A DNA stretch of 64,000 nt, from contig JAHLTZ010000021.1 of the NCBI GenBank assembly GCA_025786725.1, forward strand, positions 186,001 to 250,000. Direction: 5' to 3'. The notes beneath the pieces are model-generated. The model had not been told where the DNA came from and did not search any database. It was given only the letters and a program-made list of their open reading frames with translations. Of this stretch, positions 52,288 to 64,000 are shown piece by piece (position 1 is the first letter of the stretch; every line of letters begins with the position of its first letter). Position numbers and translations under genes: made by a program. This DNA comes from Syncephalis fuscata S228 (lineage: Eukaryota > Fungi > Zoopagomycota).

Positions 52288-54424
52288 ATGACCTCATTTG
52301 CCGCTTCTTTGTTATCAAATGTATCTTTATGGGAAGTAGCTACAGTTGTTGGTCTACTATACGCTATACACAAGGTAAGCTAATGGTAGATAACATTTTG
52401 CTATTATTAAACAGCGACGGATTTAATATAGGTTGTTGAATATGAAATTCAAAGTCCATTATCTAAAATACCCGGTCCCAAGCCGTCTATACTGGCGGGC
52501 ATTGCCCTAAACCTGGAACAGCTTTTTTTCACCGAACGAGAAAATATTCTTGCCAAATACAAACGCTATGGTCCAATTATGCGCGCAGGTAATCATTGAC
52601 ATATAAAAGCCGATTAATGTTGGATTGATATTAAATATAATCTGTGTTTCCATTATGCTAGGACCAAATACGGTCTGGGTATCGAGTGCAGCATCGATCC
52701 GTAAAGTCCTTGGATCACATAATTATGCTAAAAGTCCCGACTATGGGGTGTTTGAGTTTGATGGCGAAAGTCTTTTTACAACAAGGTATTTAATGAATAT
52801 AAGTATTTATTTACTATATACGCATTTTAATTATTATTGCTAGAAATGTTGACTATCATCGAGTGCAGGTAAGAAACAGCTTTATGTTATATATTTTATT
52901 AAAATTGCCACTTATCCGATTATGAATAGAAACGATTGATGCTACCAAGTTATACGCCAAATTCACTTCGTGAACTCGAGCCACTTATCTACGAAAGTGG
53001 TCTATCTCAGCTTGTAAAGCGCATTTCCGAGCATGCCATTGCTGGAGAGAATATTGATATTATGCTATTGTTCAAGTACATGACATTTGTAAGTTATTTA
53101 TTAGATAAATATTGCTAGTTGTATTAATTTATCTTTAGGATGTTATCGGTAGAGTTGCTTTTGGCAAGTCATTTGAGTTGACACAAAGCAGAGAAAAACA
53201 ACATCCAATTATCGATTGGATGGAAACAGCGGGCAGTTTAGGCATTAAGGTAGTTACTACTCAAGTGATATTGACTTAATATTAAAACACAATAGAAACT
53301 GCTACTAGGCGCAGCTTATCATCCAATCTTTTTCCGTAACGAGGTAGAAGATTCGGAAAATTCTTAACGGTAGGCCAATACATATTAACAATTATTCATT
53401 AAATATTAAACTGCAATGTTTAGTTTGCAACAAAAGTGGTCGAACAAAGAAGAAAAGAAGGCGCTAATGGGCGCAACGACTCGCTACAACAGCTAATTGA
53501 AGCTGTTGACGAAGAGACTGGCGCCAGAATGACGGACGCTAATATCATTTCTCAAAGTATGATGTTAATGTAAGTTGCTATAAGTAGTCTAAATTAAATA
53601 TATTTACTTATATAATTGATGGTTTAAATCATTTAGGGGTGCTGGTACGGATACAACAGCTGCAACGCTTACATGGTAAGTAATTTCATTGTACCATCTG
53701 CTATTTACTTATTTATATTACTTACTAGGACAATACATCTATTGGTTGAACATCCTGAAATCACGCGCAAGCTTGTCGAAGAGATTAAATCAGTCTATCC
53801 TGATAAGCATATGAAAATGGAGTATGACGCTATTCAATCGCTGCCTATTTGGATGCTGTTTTACACGAATCAATGCGCATTCGACCAATTGCTACACATG
53901 GTATGCCTCGTATTGCTCCTAAAGAAGGTATTACTCTCGATGGCTATTTATACCAGGCGGAGTAAGTAATAACAACGATGTTGCAACATTTAATTAGCAT
54001 TATTACTGATTATTATTATCATCATTTTTTATTTTTATTAGACAACCATAATATGACTATTAGCGCACTTCAATTAACAGAAAGTGTATTCCCCGAACCT
54101 AACGCCTTCAATCCAGATCGTTGGATTGATTGTACACCTGAACAGCTTGCTGTAATGAAACAGCATTGGGTAGCATTCTCGGTTGGACCACGAGCATGTA
54201 TAGGCGCAGGTAAGCTACATAGCTATATTTCTTTTTATTGAATACTTGCCAATTTATTGATTATATTTATTAGCTTGGCTTGGATGGAACTCCGTATGAC
54301 CATTGTTGAATTACTACGCAACTTTAACTTTACAGCAGCACCAGGCAATGATATGACTCCTGTATTTGAATTTATTCTACGCCCAAAGGGTGGTAAATTT
54401 ATTGTGCAGCCTCAGTTAGTTTAA
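52288..54424 (+). CDS. Cytochrome P450 (many short exons; frameshifts near 53350 and 53848)
   Basis: PLSKIPGP, YGPIMR, AGTDTTA, ESMR, FNPDRW and heme motif FSVGPRACIG. Confidence 0.95.
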
Positions 54425-54600
54425 ACTGAGAAGCTTAGTCAGCTCTTAATTATTCTTAGTACATAATAAATGGCGTATTACAATACTATTATTACAATAT
54501 AGTGTTTTCAATAAACATATCATTTATTTAAATTTTATTTAATTTGTTTTGTTTTTTTCTTTTATCATTGTCGATTCTTTATACTTTCTTTCTCTATTGT

Positions 54601-56475
54601 ATGTTACGTAGCTTGTTTAGCATAAAAATACGTCGACGTTACTGCCATCGTCTTAATTCCAACTATTTTCGTTTGGTTTTTTGTTCACCGTGGACGCTCG
54701 GTTATTATAGCACTTTAGATCATAGCGTTAATAATAACTTATCACGCTACTATCATACAGAAATAAAGACTATAATGACTACTCCGCGACCGTTAACAAA
54801 AGAACTCTTGTCCGATTGGACAAAAGAGGCACTTATTGAACATATACTTTCTCTTGAAAATAATGGCAGGTCAGTAGATAAAACAACGACTCTAATACCT
54901 ACCAAACGTCGCATATCAACAGATAACAGCGATGTGATTGACACGTCTATTACCGACACAATAATGATCGATACAACAACGACAACAACAGCTCCAGAAA
55001 CAACAAAAGATAAATCGTCAAAACGTCGTCAAAAAGAACCACGCGTATTTGATATGAGTAAATATGCTATGCGTCGTATTGCACTTAAAGTTTCATATTT
55101 TGGATGGGAATACTATGGATTTGCCGCACAAAATGTAGGTGGTCATGGTGGACTACAAACTGAAGCCAAATCGGAGGAAAATACAGTTACATCAACATCA
55201 AATGAACAAAAACAACAGCAGCAAAGAGAAGAAGTATTGCCTACAGTTGAAGGCCGATTGATTGATGCATTGATTGCTTGTCGACTAATTATTGATCCAC
55301 AAAGCAGCCGATATACTCGTTGTGGACGTACTGATCGTGGTGTCAGTGCAGCCGGCCAAGTTATTGCACTTGATGTACGATCAGCTTTACCGCAAAACTC
55401 GCCAGGAACATTGGATGAACAACGTAAAACAATAGCAAGTCTATCCAAGACAGATGAAGCACTACGCGATGCTAATAAGGAATTACCCTTTGCCGATTTA
55501 CTTAATCGCCAATTACCTGAAGATATTCGTATACTTGCATGGGCACCTGTACCAGATGACTTTGATGCACGTTTTAACTGCCAATGGCGTCATTATCGCT
55601 ATTATTTTAATGGCAAAAATTTAAATACACATCAAATGCAAGAAGCAGCCAATTTATTTGTTGGTACACAAGATTTCCGCAACTTTTGTCGTATTGATCC
55701 AAGTAAACCATCGCTATCCTTTGAACGTGAAGTACTTTCATGTCGTATTCTTGTATTAGATGATACAGCAACAACAACAACAAAAAGTGATCCATTTTAC
55801 GTACTTGATATGAAAGGTACAGCATTTTTATGGCATCAAGTACGTTGTATGATGGCCGTTCTATTACTAGTTGGCCAAGGACTCGAGACAGTAGATACAG
55901 TACGAGCACTACTTGATCCAAGTAAATGGCCACGCGGCCGTCCCACTTACGATATGGCCTCTGAGTTGCCACTCGTACTACATCACTGCGAATTTGATCA
56001 ACATGTATTAGGCGAATGGCGATATGCACCAGGCCCATTACAATTATCCGGCTATACACGTTTGGCCGATCAAATCGACGATCAATGGCGCCGTCTTTAT
56101 ACACAATGGCTTGTGTGCGATGCATTACGTGGACAATTAAAGCAGTCTATTCTACTTACAACGCCACCTGAGCAAGATGAGCATAATTGTTCGTGGCAAC
56201 ATTTGCAATCTATTAGAGATAGCATTGATAAAATACGTGCATTGTCGCTACCATCTTCAGAAATGCCAACAATAGGCGCAAATCTACTTAAAGCATTACA
56301 TCGTGTGGATCCACATCGACCTGATGTTTATCAAGGTGGCGGTGATTCAATACGCGGTCGTCGTTACGTACCATTATTAAATCGGCCGACTTGTGAGTCA
56401 TATGAAGAAAAACGACGTAAATACCTTGATAGACGATCTGCAACTGCAACAGCTACAACAACAACAACAAAATAA
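54601..56475 (+). CDS. DEG1: tRNA pseudouridine(38/39) synthase, TruA family (alternative start 54775)
   Basis: RRIALKVSYFGWEYYGFA, RCGRTDRGVSA, LNRQLPEDIRIL, DFRNFC and AFLWHQVRCM. Confidence 0.93.
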   Translation: MLRSLFSIKIRRRYCHRLNSNYFRLVFCSPWTLGYYSTLDHSVNNNLSRYYHTEIKTIMTTPRPLTKELLSDWTKEALIEHILSLENNGRSVDKTTTLIPTKRRISTDNSDVIDTSITDTIMIDTTTTTTAPETTKDKSSKRRQKEPRVFDMSKYAMRRIALKVSYFGWEYYGFAAQNVGGHGGLQTEAKSEENTVTSTSNEQKQQQQREEVLPTVEGRLIDALIACRLIIDPQSSRYTRCGRTDRGVSAAGQVIALDVRSALPQNSPGTLDEQRKTIASLSKTDEALRDANKELPFADLLNRQLPEDIRILAWAPVPDDFDARFNCQWRHYRYYFNGKNLNTHQMQEAANLFVGTQDFRNFCRIDPSKPSLSFEREVLSCRILVLDDTATTTTKSDPFYVLDMKGTAFLWHQVRCMMAVLLLVGQGLETVDTVRALLDPSKWPRGRPTYDMASELPLVLHHCEFDQHVLGEWRYAPGPLQLSGYTRLADQIDDQWRRLYTQWLVCDALRGQLKQSILLTTPPEQDEHNCSWQHLQSIRDSIDKIRALSLPSSEMPTIGANLLKALHRVDPHRPDVYQGGGDSIRGRRYVPLLNRPTCESYEEKRRKYLDRRSATATATTTTTK

Positions 56476-56597
56476 TAATTATATACTAACAAGATTTATA
56501 ATAAACATAAATTGATTAAACTATTTTATTCTTACGCGCACGAATAGACGATATATATAGTGTAGATTAGAAAATAGATAGAAATAACGAGAAAGAT

Positions 56598-58639
56598 TTA
56601 AGCTGTGGTAATTTCTTTTGGTGGTCCACGATACACCGATACAACAACAGCGCACCATAACACGCAAAGGAAGCGGAACCAGCGCCAAAGTGTAACAAGG
56701 AAACTACGCAATAAACCAAAGAAGCTACGGTCTTCAACTTTAAGCATGGCATGCTCACCACTGCCAAAGGTGGCTTGCCCAACAGCGCCCACAAGTTCAT
56801 CAAGCATAAATCCACCAAGTGGTGTGCCATCTGCACCGGCCCGTGCGGCACCAGCTAACGCATTAAATAGCGTATCAACACCGGTGGTACCCATTAATGG
56901 AACACCATCACCGCCATTCATGTAGCTGTTATGGCTATTATAGTCTAGTTGATCGCCTGGTTCGCCACCTTGCGTATCGGTAGTACCACGGAATAGTACA
57001 AGTTCAAACTCGTCCATTAATGAACGACCACGTTCAAATTCGTCCATCAGATTTTTGCCACGACGACGTAATCCTTCGGCAGTAAGATCAGGTGAACGTG
57101 CTTGTTGCATAGCTACTGGTGCCATGGCCGGTGAAAATTCACCACGGGCATAGCGTCGTTGTTCATCAAGTGCTCGCTCTAATTGCATCATATGTGCCGA
57201 TTGCTGTTCGTATTCTTCTTCAAGGTGTTGCTGTGTACGTAAACGTGATTCTAATTCCTGGTTACGTTGACGTGCTGTGCGCAATTCTTGTTGCGCATGA
57301 GCCAATCGCTCATTAACAATACGTTTAGTGGCCGCCAATGCTGCATGCGATGCTTCCAGGTCTTGTACTCGACGACGCAATGCCTTGCTATCCATTTCAT
57401 TCAAGTCAGCTGAGTTCAAATCGGATAATTCTGAATCGTCGCCATCTTCACCATCGGCACCGACACCGTTAGTAGTATGCGATCGACGCATCGATCGACC
57501 ACGACGGCCTTTCAGTGTACCTAGACCAGGTACAGTCGATTTACGCTCATTAAGTGTTTCTTCAAGTTCGACGATACGTTCATGTGCTCGATCCAATTCA
57601 CGCCGTGTTGATGCCAATTCTTGTTCGGCTTTTTTAGCACGTCGGGCCGATGCCTTACGTGCTTGCTCTGCTTCAACGTGCGATTGATCCAATCTTCCCT
57701 GTAACTCGGATATTTGTCGTTCTAAATCGGATATCAAATCGGATTCTTGTCGGCCTGTAGCCGGTGTACGTGCACCGAATGCCCGTCGTGGCGTTGGACG
57801 CACTGGACTGTGTGACCGGCTATACTCGCCACCACCACCGTCACCATTCATAGATACAACAATATCAATATTTGAAACGGCGTCGTCAACGGCCGATGCC
57901 GATGACATGGATGTAGTAGATATTTCTTCTTCAGTTAGCGGTGTTGTATCGTTATTCAACATACTAGTGTTGGCTGTAATACTAGATGTCATCATTGTGG
58001 CTGCAGTTACGGTATTCCCCGTTGCCGTACCATCATGGTCACTAAGACTAGATGAATAGTCTTGTACGCTAAGTAAGCTTGACATAAGATGATTTGATTG
58101 TGCTGTAGCATGCATAGGTGATATCGCTCTATCTTCGTCAAGTTCTGATACTGGTGTAATTGAAGGCGACCCAGCAATACTCATATGGGTACCAGTACGT
58201 CGTGGTGTAGTTGATCGTCTCGGTGTAGTTGATCGCCCAATGGATCGTTGACGAGCTTGTTTGCTAATTTCATTACAACGATGTTTTAATTCTCCATTTT
58301 CTGTCACTAAATTACGACCAATTTCCGCAGCCAGTGTCAATTCTATTATAATGTGTGGAGTGTGATTAGCACTATAATAAATGGACTGCTTGCTTTCTTT
58401 GTCCACCACTTACCTCGCTCTCTTTCACGTATTAAATAGTGAGATTCGGCCAATAGCCGGCGTAACTCGTCTCTATCCAAGCTTTCCCACTCGGAAGGCA
58501 GTAATAAAGGTGATGGCGGACAGACTAGTGAAGCCAGTAGTTCAGATGGATTCTTATTTGTAGTACTATCTCCGCTAGCCGTACTAGCACTCCTATCGGA
58601 ACACTGTTGTGCAGCGGTAGCTGTTTCAGTTGCCGTCAT
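56598..58639 (-). CDS. Coiled-coil protein with HAP1/TRAK/BICD-like AAxxG motif and C-terminal hydrophobic anchor (2 exons)
   Basis: IRERER/ELTLAAEIGRNLVTENGELK across the intron; long heptads; C-terminal WRWFRFLCVLWCAVVVSVYRGPP. Confidence 0.7.
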
Positions 58640-60148
58640 CTTTATGCTAATACTCTTTAAAAATACCAAGCAGGCTTGGTAAGTGCTACAACCACGTACA
58701 CGTATAAGCCAGTTGTATAGAAAACAAAAAATAAAGAAAGCTATTCACTTAGTCGACTGTCACAACTGGTGTTGACTTTTTGGACAGAATTCACACCAAT
58801 ACTAATCGTAGAAGAGAAAAGGGAGAGAAGCAGTAGAGGTAGAAGCCGTTGGAACCGCAGGTGCCACCGTAATAACAACTAAATAATGGCAACGGCAAGT
58901 AGAAAGCGGAAAAGGCAGGGTCAGGTGGTGTGGTGTGGATAAAGAAGAGAGGGAGAGGGAAGAGAGAGAGAAAAACAGTAACAAGAATACAGGTACAGTA
59001 TGGTTTAACCACACTTTAGCACTATTACCAACAGTAAATGGCCGTAGAAATAGGTCGATAAATAGATAGTAGATAGTAGATAGTAGATAAAGGTCTTCTT
59101 TATTAGCACATGGAATTGGCTTGTATATGGGTATATTTTAAAAGCACGTGCTGACCAGCATAGCGCATGTTGTTTCGTGATACATGAGTGCTATTTTTTG
59201 TTATATAATAAATTTATTGATCTAGCAATCTAGTAATTCGGGTAATTCGAGTAAATTTAGTAAATTTAATAGTCAATAGACTTTCAATGAAATTGTATAA
59301 TATTTATATATATTTGGGGTAGGAATTTAAAGACCGCTCCGTTTATAGATCGATTATAATTAGTATAGATTTATCAATTATTATTATTATATTTAAATCA
59401 TTAATATTATTTAATATAATCCAATGGAATAGTATTCAATACTGTGTGGGTATTATGCAATAAAGTAATATATGCAATACTCAATATATAAAAGTTACAA
59501 TTAGTGATGTTAAGGTTACAGTGCATACGGCACAATGATTGGAATAAGTAAAGTTTGTTAAAGTCTATAATAAATAGAATTTAACTAGTGTATGAAATAG
59601 AATGGAAATGGCATAAGTAAATAGTGGATATATGCGTACTGGATAATCAATCTATAATGATGAGTATTTTAAACTTTAATGTCATTCACCATCCACCATC
59701 ATGTTCAATAGAACGAATTTCTAGTTCAATTACGCGAATGTTTTTAATAATAAACAATATGACAAAAAGTCATTCTCCACAAAAACATCACTCATTATCA
59801 TAGAACGGGTTGTTAGTATATTGCAAGTATAATAAAACATTAAATATATTAGTATAACACATCCCCCCCCAATAACAAGTTCAGCTCAGAATAGCCGAAT
59901 GGTCGGCAATTTCGGTGTAAAAAGTCCCGGCGCCCCACACATATCTACTCAGTCTGTGCTCTTGCTCTTCTTCTTACTCTCGTCATCTACTGCTCACGCT
60001 CTTATTCTTCCTTATATCCATTTGTTTCCTGTTTTGTTGCTGCTTCCAGGGTTCTTGCCGTTCTTCTACTTTGAATATCTACATTACCACACAATAACAC
60101 ACGTGCTCACAGCGACTATTTGTTCATAGTCCATTTATTACTGTCGCC

Positions 60149-62554
60149 ATGAGCAAACTACAATTCTCCAACGATTTAAAAAACCAAACTATCGCACTTC
60201 CTAACACGAAGCGCGATGGACAGACTGGTAGGTAGAAGAGGCTACGGTATACTAAGCGAATATAACGGCTAACCAGCTATTAAATCAACCATCAAACTAT
60301 TTATCAACTTTAGCCATTTATCGCAACAGCTCGAACCTTGGTGCTTTAACAAGAACCGACGACACAGGCTTCACGACCTGTTATGACAACATAGTAATTA
60401 GTAGGTGTATATCTGTATTATTTTATTCTACTATATACTAATTATAATATATAATAGGTTCTAAGCTTTTTCCAAATAGCCCATGTCTCGGCCATCGCCC
60501 ATATGATCATCAAAAGCATGAGTATGGCCCTTATGTCTGGGAATCGTATACGCAGATTGCAGAGCGTGTTGAGAAAGCCGGTGCTGGTCTAGAGCATTTC
60601 TACAACAGCCTAGGCGTCTATAACACGCCAAATACACTGCCTAATCAACAGTATACACTTGGCTTCTATGCGGTTAATCGACGTGAGTGGACTCTTACTG
60701 AGTTGGCCGGCTATCGTCAACGATTGGTCACGGTCGCGCTTTATGACACGCTCGGTCCAGAGACTATTGAATTTATCCTAAACCATGCCGAAGTGCAAGT
60801 ATTGGCCCTTAGCGCTGATAAAATTCTTAATATTCTGCAATTACGTGAGAAATTACCACAGCTTAAAGGTCTTATTTGCATGGACTCGTTAGATACTTTT
60901 TCCGAATTGACTCCGGCACCCACGGCAACTGGTGCACCATTCCCAGGCTCTATGCCAGTCCCTGGTCACGTGCTACGTGCCTGGGCAGCCGAGAAAGGCT
61001 TGAAGCTAATCGACTATGCTGAACTAGAAGCATTTGGTCATGAACACCCAGCTGCTGCAAGAAATCCAGTTTCTGATGATATTGCTACATACTGCTATAC
61101 CTCAGGTACTACAGGCAATCCTAAAGGTGCCATTCTTACACACTTGAACATTATTTCAGCAGTGGCAGGTGTTCAAAATGCTTTGACACCACGTCCCAAC
61201 GATGTACATATTTGCTACTTGCCATTGGCTCACGTTTACGAACGAGTCACGCTAACTTCTATGTTGCACACTGGTGTAGCCGTTGGTTTCTCTCGAGGCG
61301 ATACAGCTTTGCTAATGGATGATATTGCGGTATTGCGTCCAACAGTATTTATCACCGTACCTCGTCTACTTAATCGTATTTACGACAAATTGACTGCAGC
61401 TACCGTCAATGCCGAGGGACTTGTGGGCATTATGGCACGTCGTGCTGTTGCTAGTAAGCTGGAACGTCTAGCCAATGGCCAAGGCGTTACTCATCCGGTC
61501 TGGGATCGTCTACTATTCAACAAGATCCGCCAGATTATGGGTGGCCGCGTTCGATTGATTCTTTCGGGCAGTGCGCCCATTGGCAAAGATGTACTCCAAT
61601 TCCTTCGTATCGCTTTCTGCTGCGAAGTGCACGAAGGTAACTATTTGTGTTGATATAAAGCCATTTAACTAATAATATGTCATTTTTAAAGGCTATGGTC
61701 AGACGGAAAATGCCGCAGCAGCTACAATTACCCTGCCAGGCGAATATATCCCAGGCCACGTCGGTGTACCCGTCTTCTGTTGCGAGCTTAAGCTTGTCGA
61801 TATCCCCGAAATGAACTACTTTTCCACGGATAAGCCATATCCCCGTGGTGAAGTTTGTCTTCGTGGCAACAATACGTTTGTCGCCTATCTTAAAGATCCA
61901 GAGAAAACACGCGAAACTATTGATGAAGATAAATGGCTACACACCGGAGATGTGGGCCAGATTAACGCTAATGGCAGTCTTTCTATTATTGATCGTAAGA
62001 AGAATATTTTCAAATTGTCCCAAGGTGAATACGTGGCACCTGAAAAGATCGAGAACGTTTATGTGACACATCCCGCTGTGGCACAAGTATTTGTTCATGG
62101 CGATTCATTGCAATCACAGCTGGTCACCATCATTGTGCCCGACCCAGAGACATTCCCTCAATGGGTAACCGATGTGTTAGGCCGCAATATTTCGATTAAA
62201 GACTTGGCCATCGTATGCGAAGAAGACAGAGTGCTACGTGACAAGCTACTTAACGAGCTTAACCGACTGGGTCGCAAGGCTGGTTTACACGGATTTGAAC
62301 AAGCAAAGAATATTCGACTTTCATTAGAGCCATTCTCAATTGAAAACAATTTGTTGACACCAACGTAAGTACAATTAATAATCTAATAATGCTAATAACA
62401 CTAATAATGCTAATAATACATCAATTTAAATAACAATAATAGGCTTAAACTAAAGAGAATGGAATCGCGCGACTATTACCGCACAGTGATTGATGAAATG
62501 TACGCTGAATTAACATCGGGAGCTGATTTTACTAATGTTCAAGCCAAGCTTTAA
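60149..62554 (+). CDS. Long-chain fatty acyl-CoA ligase (ACSL/FAA family), multi-exon
   Basis: VALYDTLG, YTSGTTGNPKG, YLPLAHVYE, EGYGQTE, PYPRGEV, WLHTGDVG and IIDRKKNIFKLSQGEYVAPEKIE. Confidence 0.97.
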
Positions 62555-62664
62555 ACCAAAAACACAATTTGTTTTGAAAACAACTAATAAAAGGTTTATT
62601 TCATCAATTTTAATAAACGGCAATTATGCCAATGCGACTGGTTTGAATGTTTAGTAGTCCAGTA

Positions 62665-63968
62665 TTATTCATTCTATTAGCAAAGCAAAGATTGGTTATT
62701 TATTAAACATGGCTATGCTTTATGAAGCTTACCTGCAAATGGGAAAAACGACGACTCATCTTTTCATCTTGCCACAATGAACGGTCGGGCAGCGTGTTGT
62801 TTCCTCGATGATTATTCAGTTCTCCAGAATGTATAGTATTTGTTGAAGTGCGACGAAAGTGATCGGCACTTACACTCTTGCGCAGCGATTGGTTTCCTGC
62901 GTTTTGATGTAAAAAGCGAGGCTGGATGGGCGATGTACTGGAGTATAAATCGCGATTACGATTCGATAATTTCTCGCGTTGAACTTCAATAATCTTTTGT
63001 GTTTTTTTAGTATTTTGTTGTTGTTGAACAAAGTGTTGTAACCAGGTCATTTCTTCTAAATTACCACGTTGTAAACGTTTTTGCTCGTTGTTAAGGTTTA
63101 AATTGTTTTGTGTAACTTCTTGCATAACTGTCGATCCAGTCGGCACTGCTGCTGTTGTTGCTGTTGTTGTTGTGCCCATGTTCTTTGTGTCTAGCATCGA
63201 TTGATTAACCGTACTATTATTGTTATTGCCATTGCTGTTGTTGTTGCTATGGTCGTTGTTATGTCTATTAACGGATGGCAAAGTTGTAGGCTCAGCCTCA
63301 ACTAGTTCTGATTTTGCAGATGGCCGATCAATAACGCCTGGTGGATCATTACAAGCCACCCATTGGATACTTGTTCGTCGTGTGCTATTTCTTCGGGTTG
63401 ATTGCGATAAACCCTCAGAATATCTTCGTGCATTTTGAGCTCTTCGATGATCAATTAATCCACTTGTACTGTTTGATTTTAGACCTTGTAGCGGTTGGGA
63501 GTGGGAATCATAAGCGAGCAAACTTTGGCGGCGTCTTTCTTGTTCATTGTTTAGTTCTTGTTTTGTACCAAATGACTCGGAAATCGATGCTAATTTATAT
63601 TGCTTCATATACAACTTGCATCTTTCTTCAGATAGTCTTAGTTGCTTTTGTAAATCTACTATACTTTTTTGCAGTTCTTCGTTGTGTTTCTCCAAATCCA
63701 AGTTTGATTTTTGCAACTCGATATTATGCTTTGCCTTTGTCTTGTACGCATTAAATATCTCAAGCGTTTTCTGATTCGCTTGCGCTTGGAGTTGCTGAAC
63801 ATCGCTGTGTGAATAGCATGCTGTATTGGAAGCATTGTAGATTGCTTGGTAGTGTAAATGTATTTTTAATGCCAATGTTTTTGCATCGTTACTGCCATGG
63901 GCCTTCCAGAGATTGGCGGTAAACCTATTTGGCTTTAGAAATAGATTTGCATTAAACAAGGTAGTTTC
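62665..63968 (-). CDS. Hypothetical coiled-coil protein, 5'-partial (continues beyond the window)
   Basis: 418-aa ORF with heptads; upstream acceptor near 63969; likely last intron from 62731 to a short NE* exon. Confidence 0.6.
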
Positions 63969-64000
63969 TAGATAGTGGCCAGTTGCGCCATTGACGTTAC

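Noticed and set aside
62380-62420. ctaataatg/ctaataaca tandem repeat in the last intron of the acyl-CoA ligase
   Set aside because: Simple slippage repeat of branch-like words; no evidence of function.

Overview
AT-rich eukaryotic genomic DNA with many short (~50-90 nt) GT-AG introns. The gene content suggests an early-diverging fungus, plausibly a Syncephalis-like zoopagalean; this is inferred from gene style only. About 25 protein-coding loci are present. Recognisable ones are a subtilisin, RIB5, SDHAF1, a TMEM223-like protein, HRQ1, an aldo-keto reductase, MCFD2-like, CHTOP-like, HINT3-like and SAPS-domain proteins, NDUFV1, CDC4, a P450, PUS3/DEG1 and a long-chain acyl-CoA ligase, plus lineage-specific secreted, F-box and multi-TM proteins. 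Several conserved genes carry 1-nt frameshifts in short homopolymers, most likely assembly errors. Three signals are missed or only fragmentarily caught by the ORF track. (1) At 1055-1699 a micro-exon gene: a signal peptide/Kex2 exon followed by six frame-preserving 3-6 nt exons between seven short introns, encoding a tiny, potentially hypervariable secreted peptide. (2) At 23811-25856 a composite inverted-repeat element carrying two decayed Fanzor (TnpB-derived RuvC) ORFs with candidate omegaRNA-like hairpins; a dispersed copy of one RNA module and a probable third relic lie near 9 kb. (3) A U12-type minor intron in the SAPS gene. All calls were made by eye without database searches.
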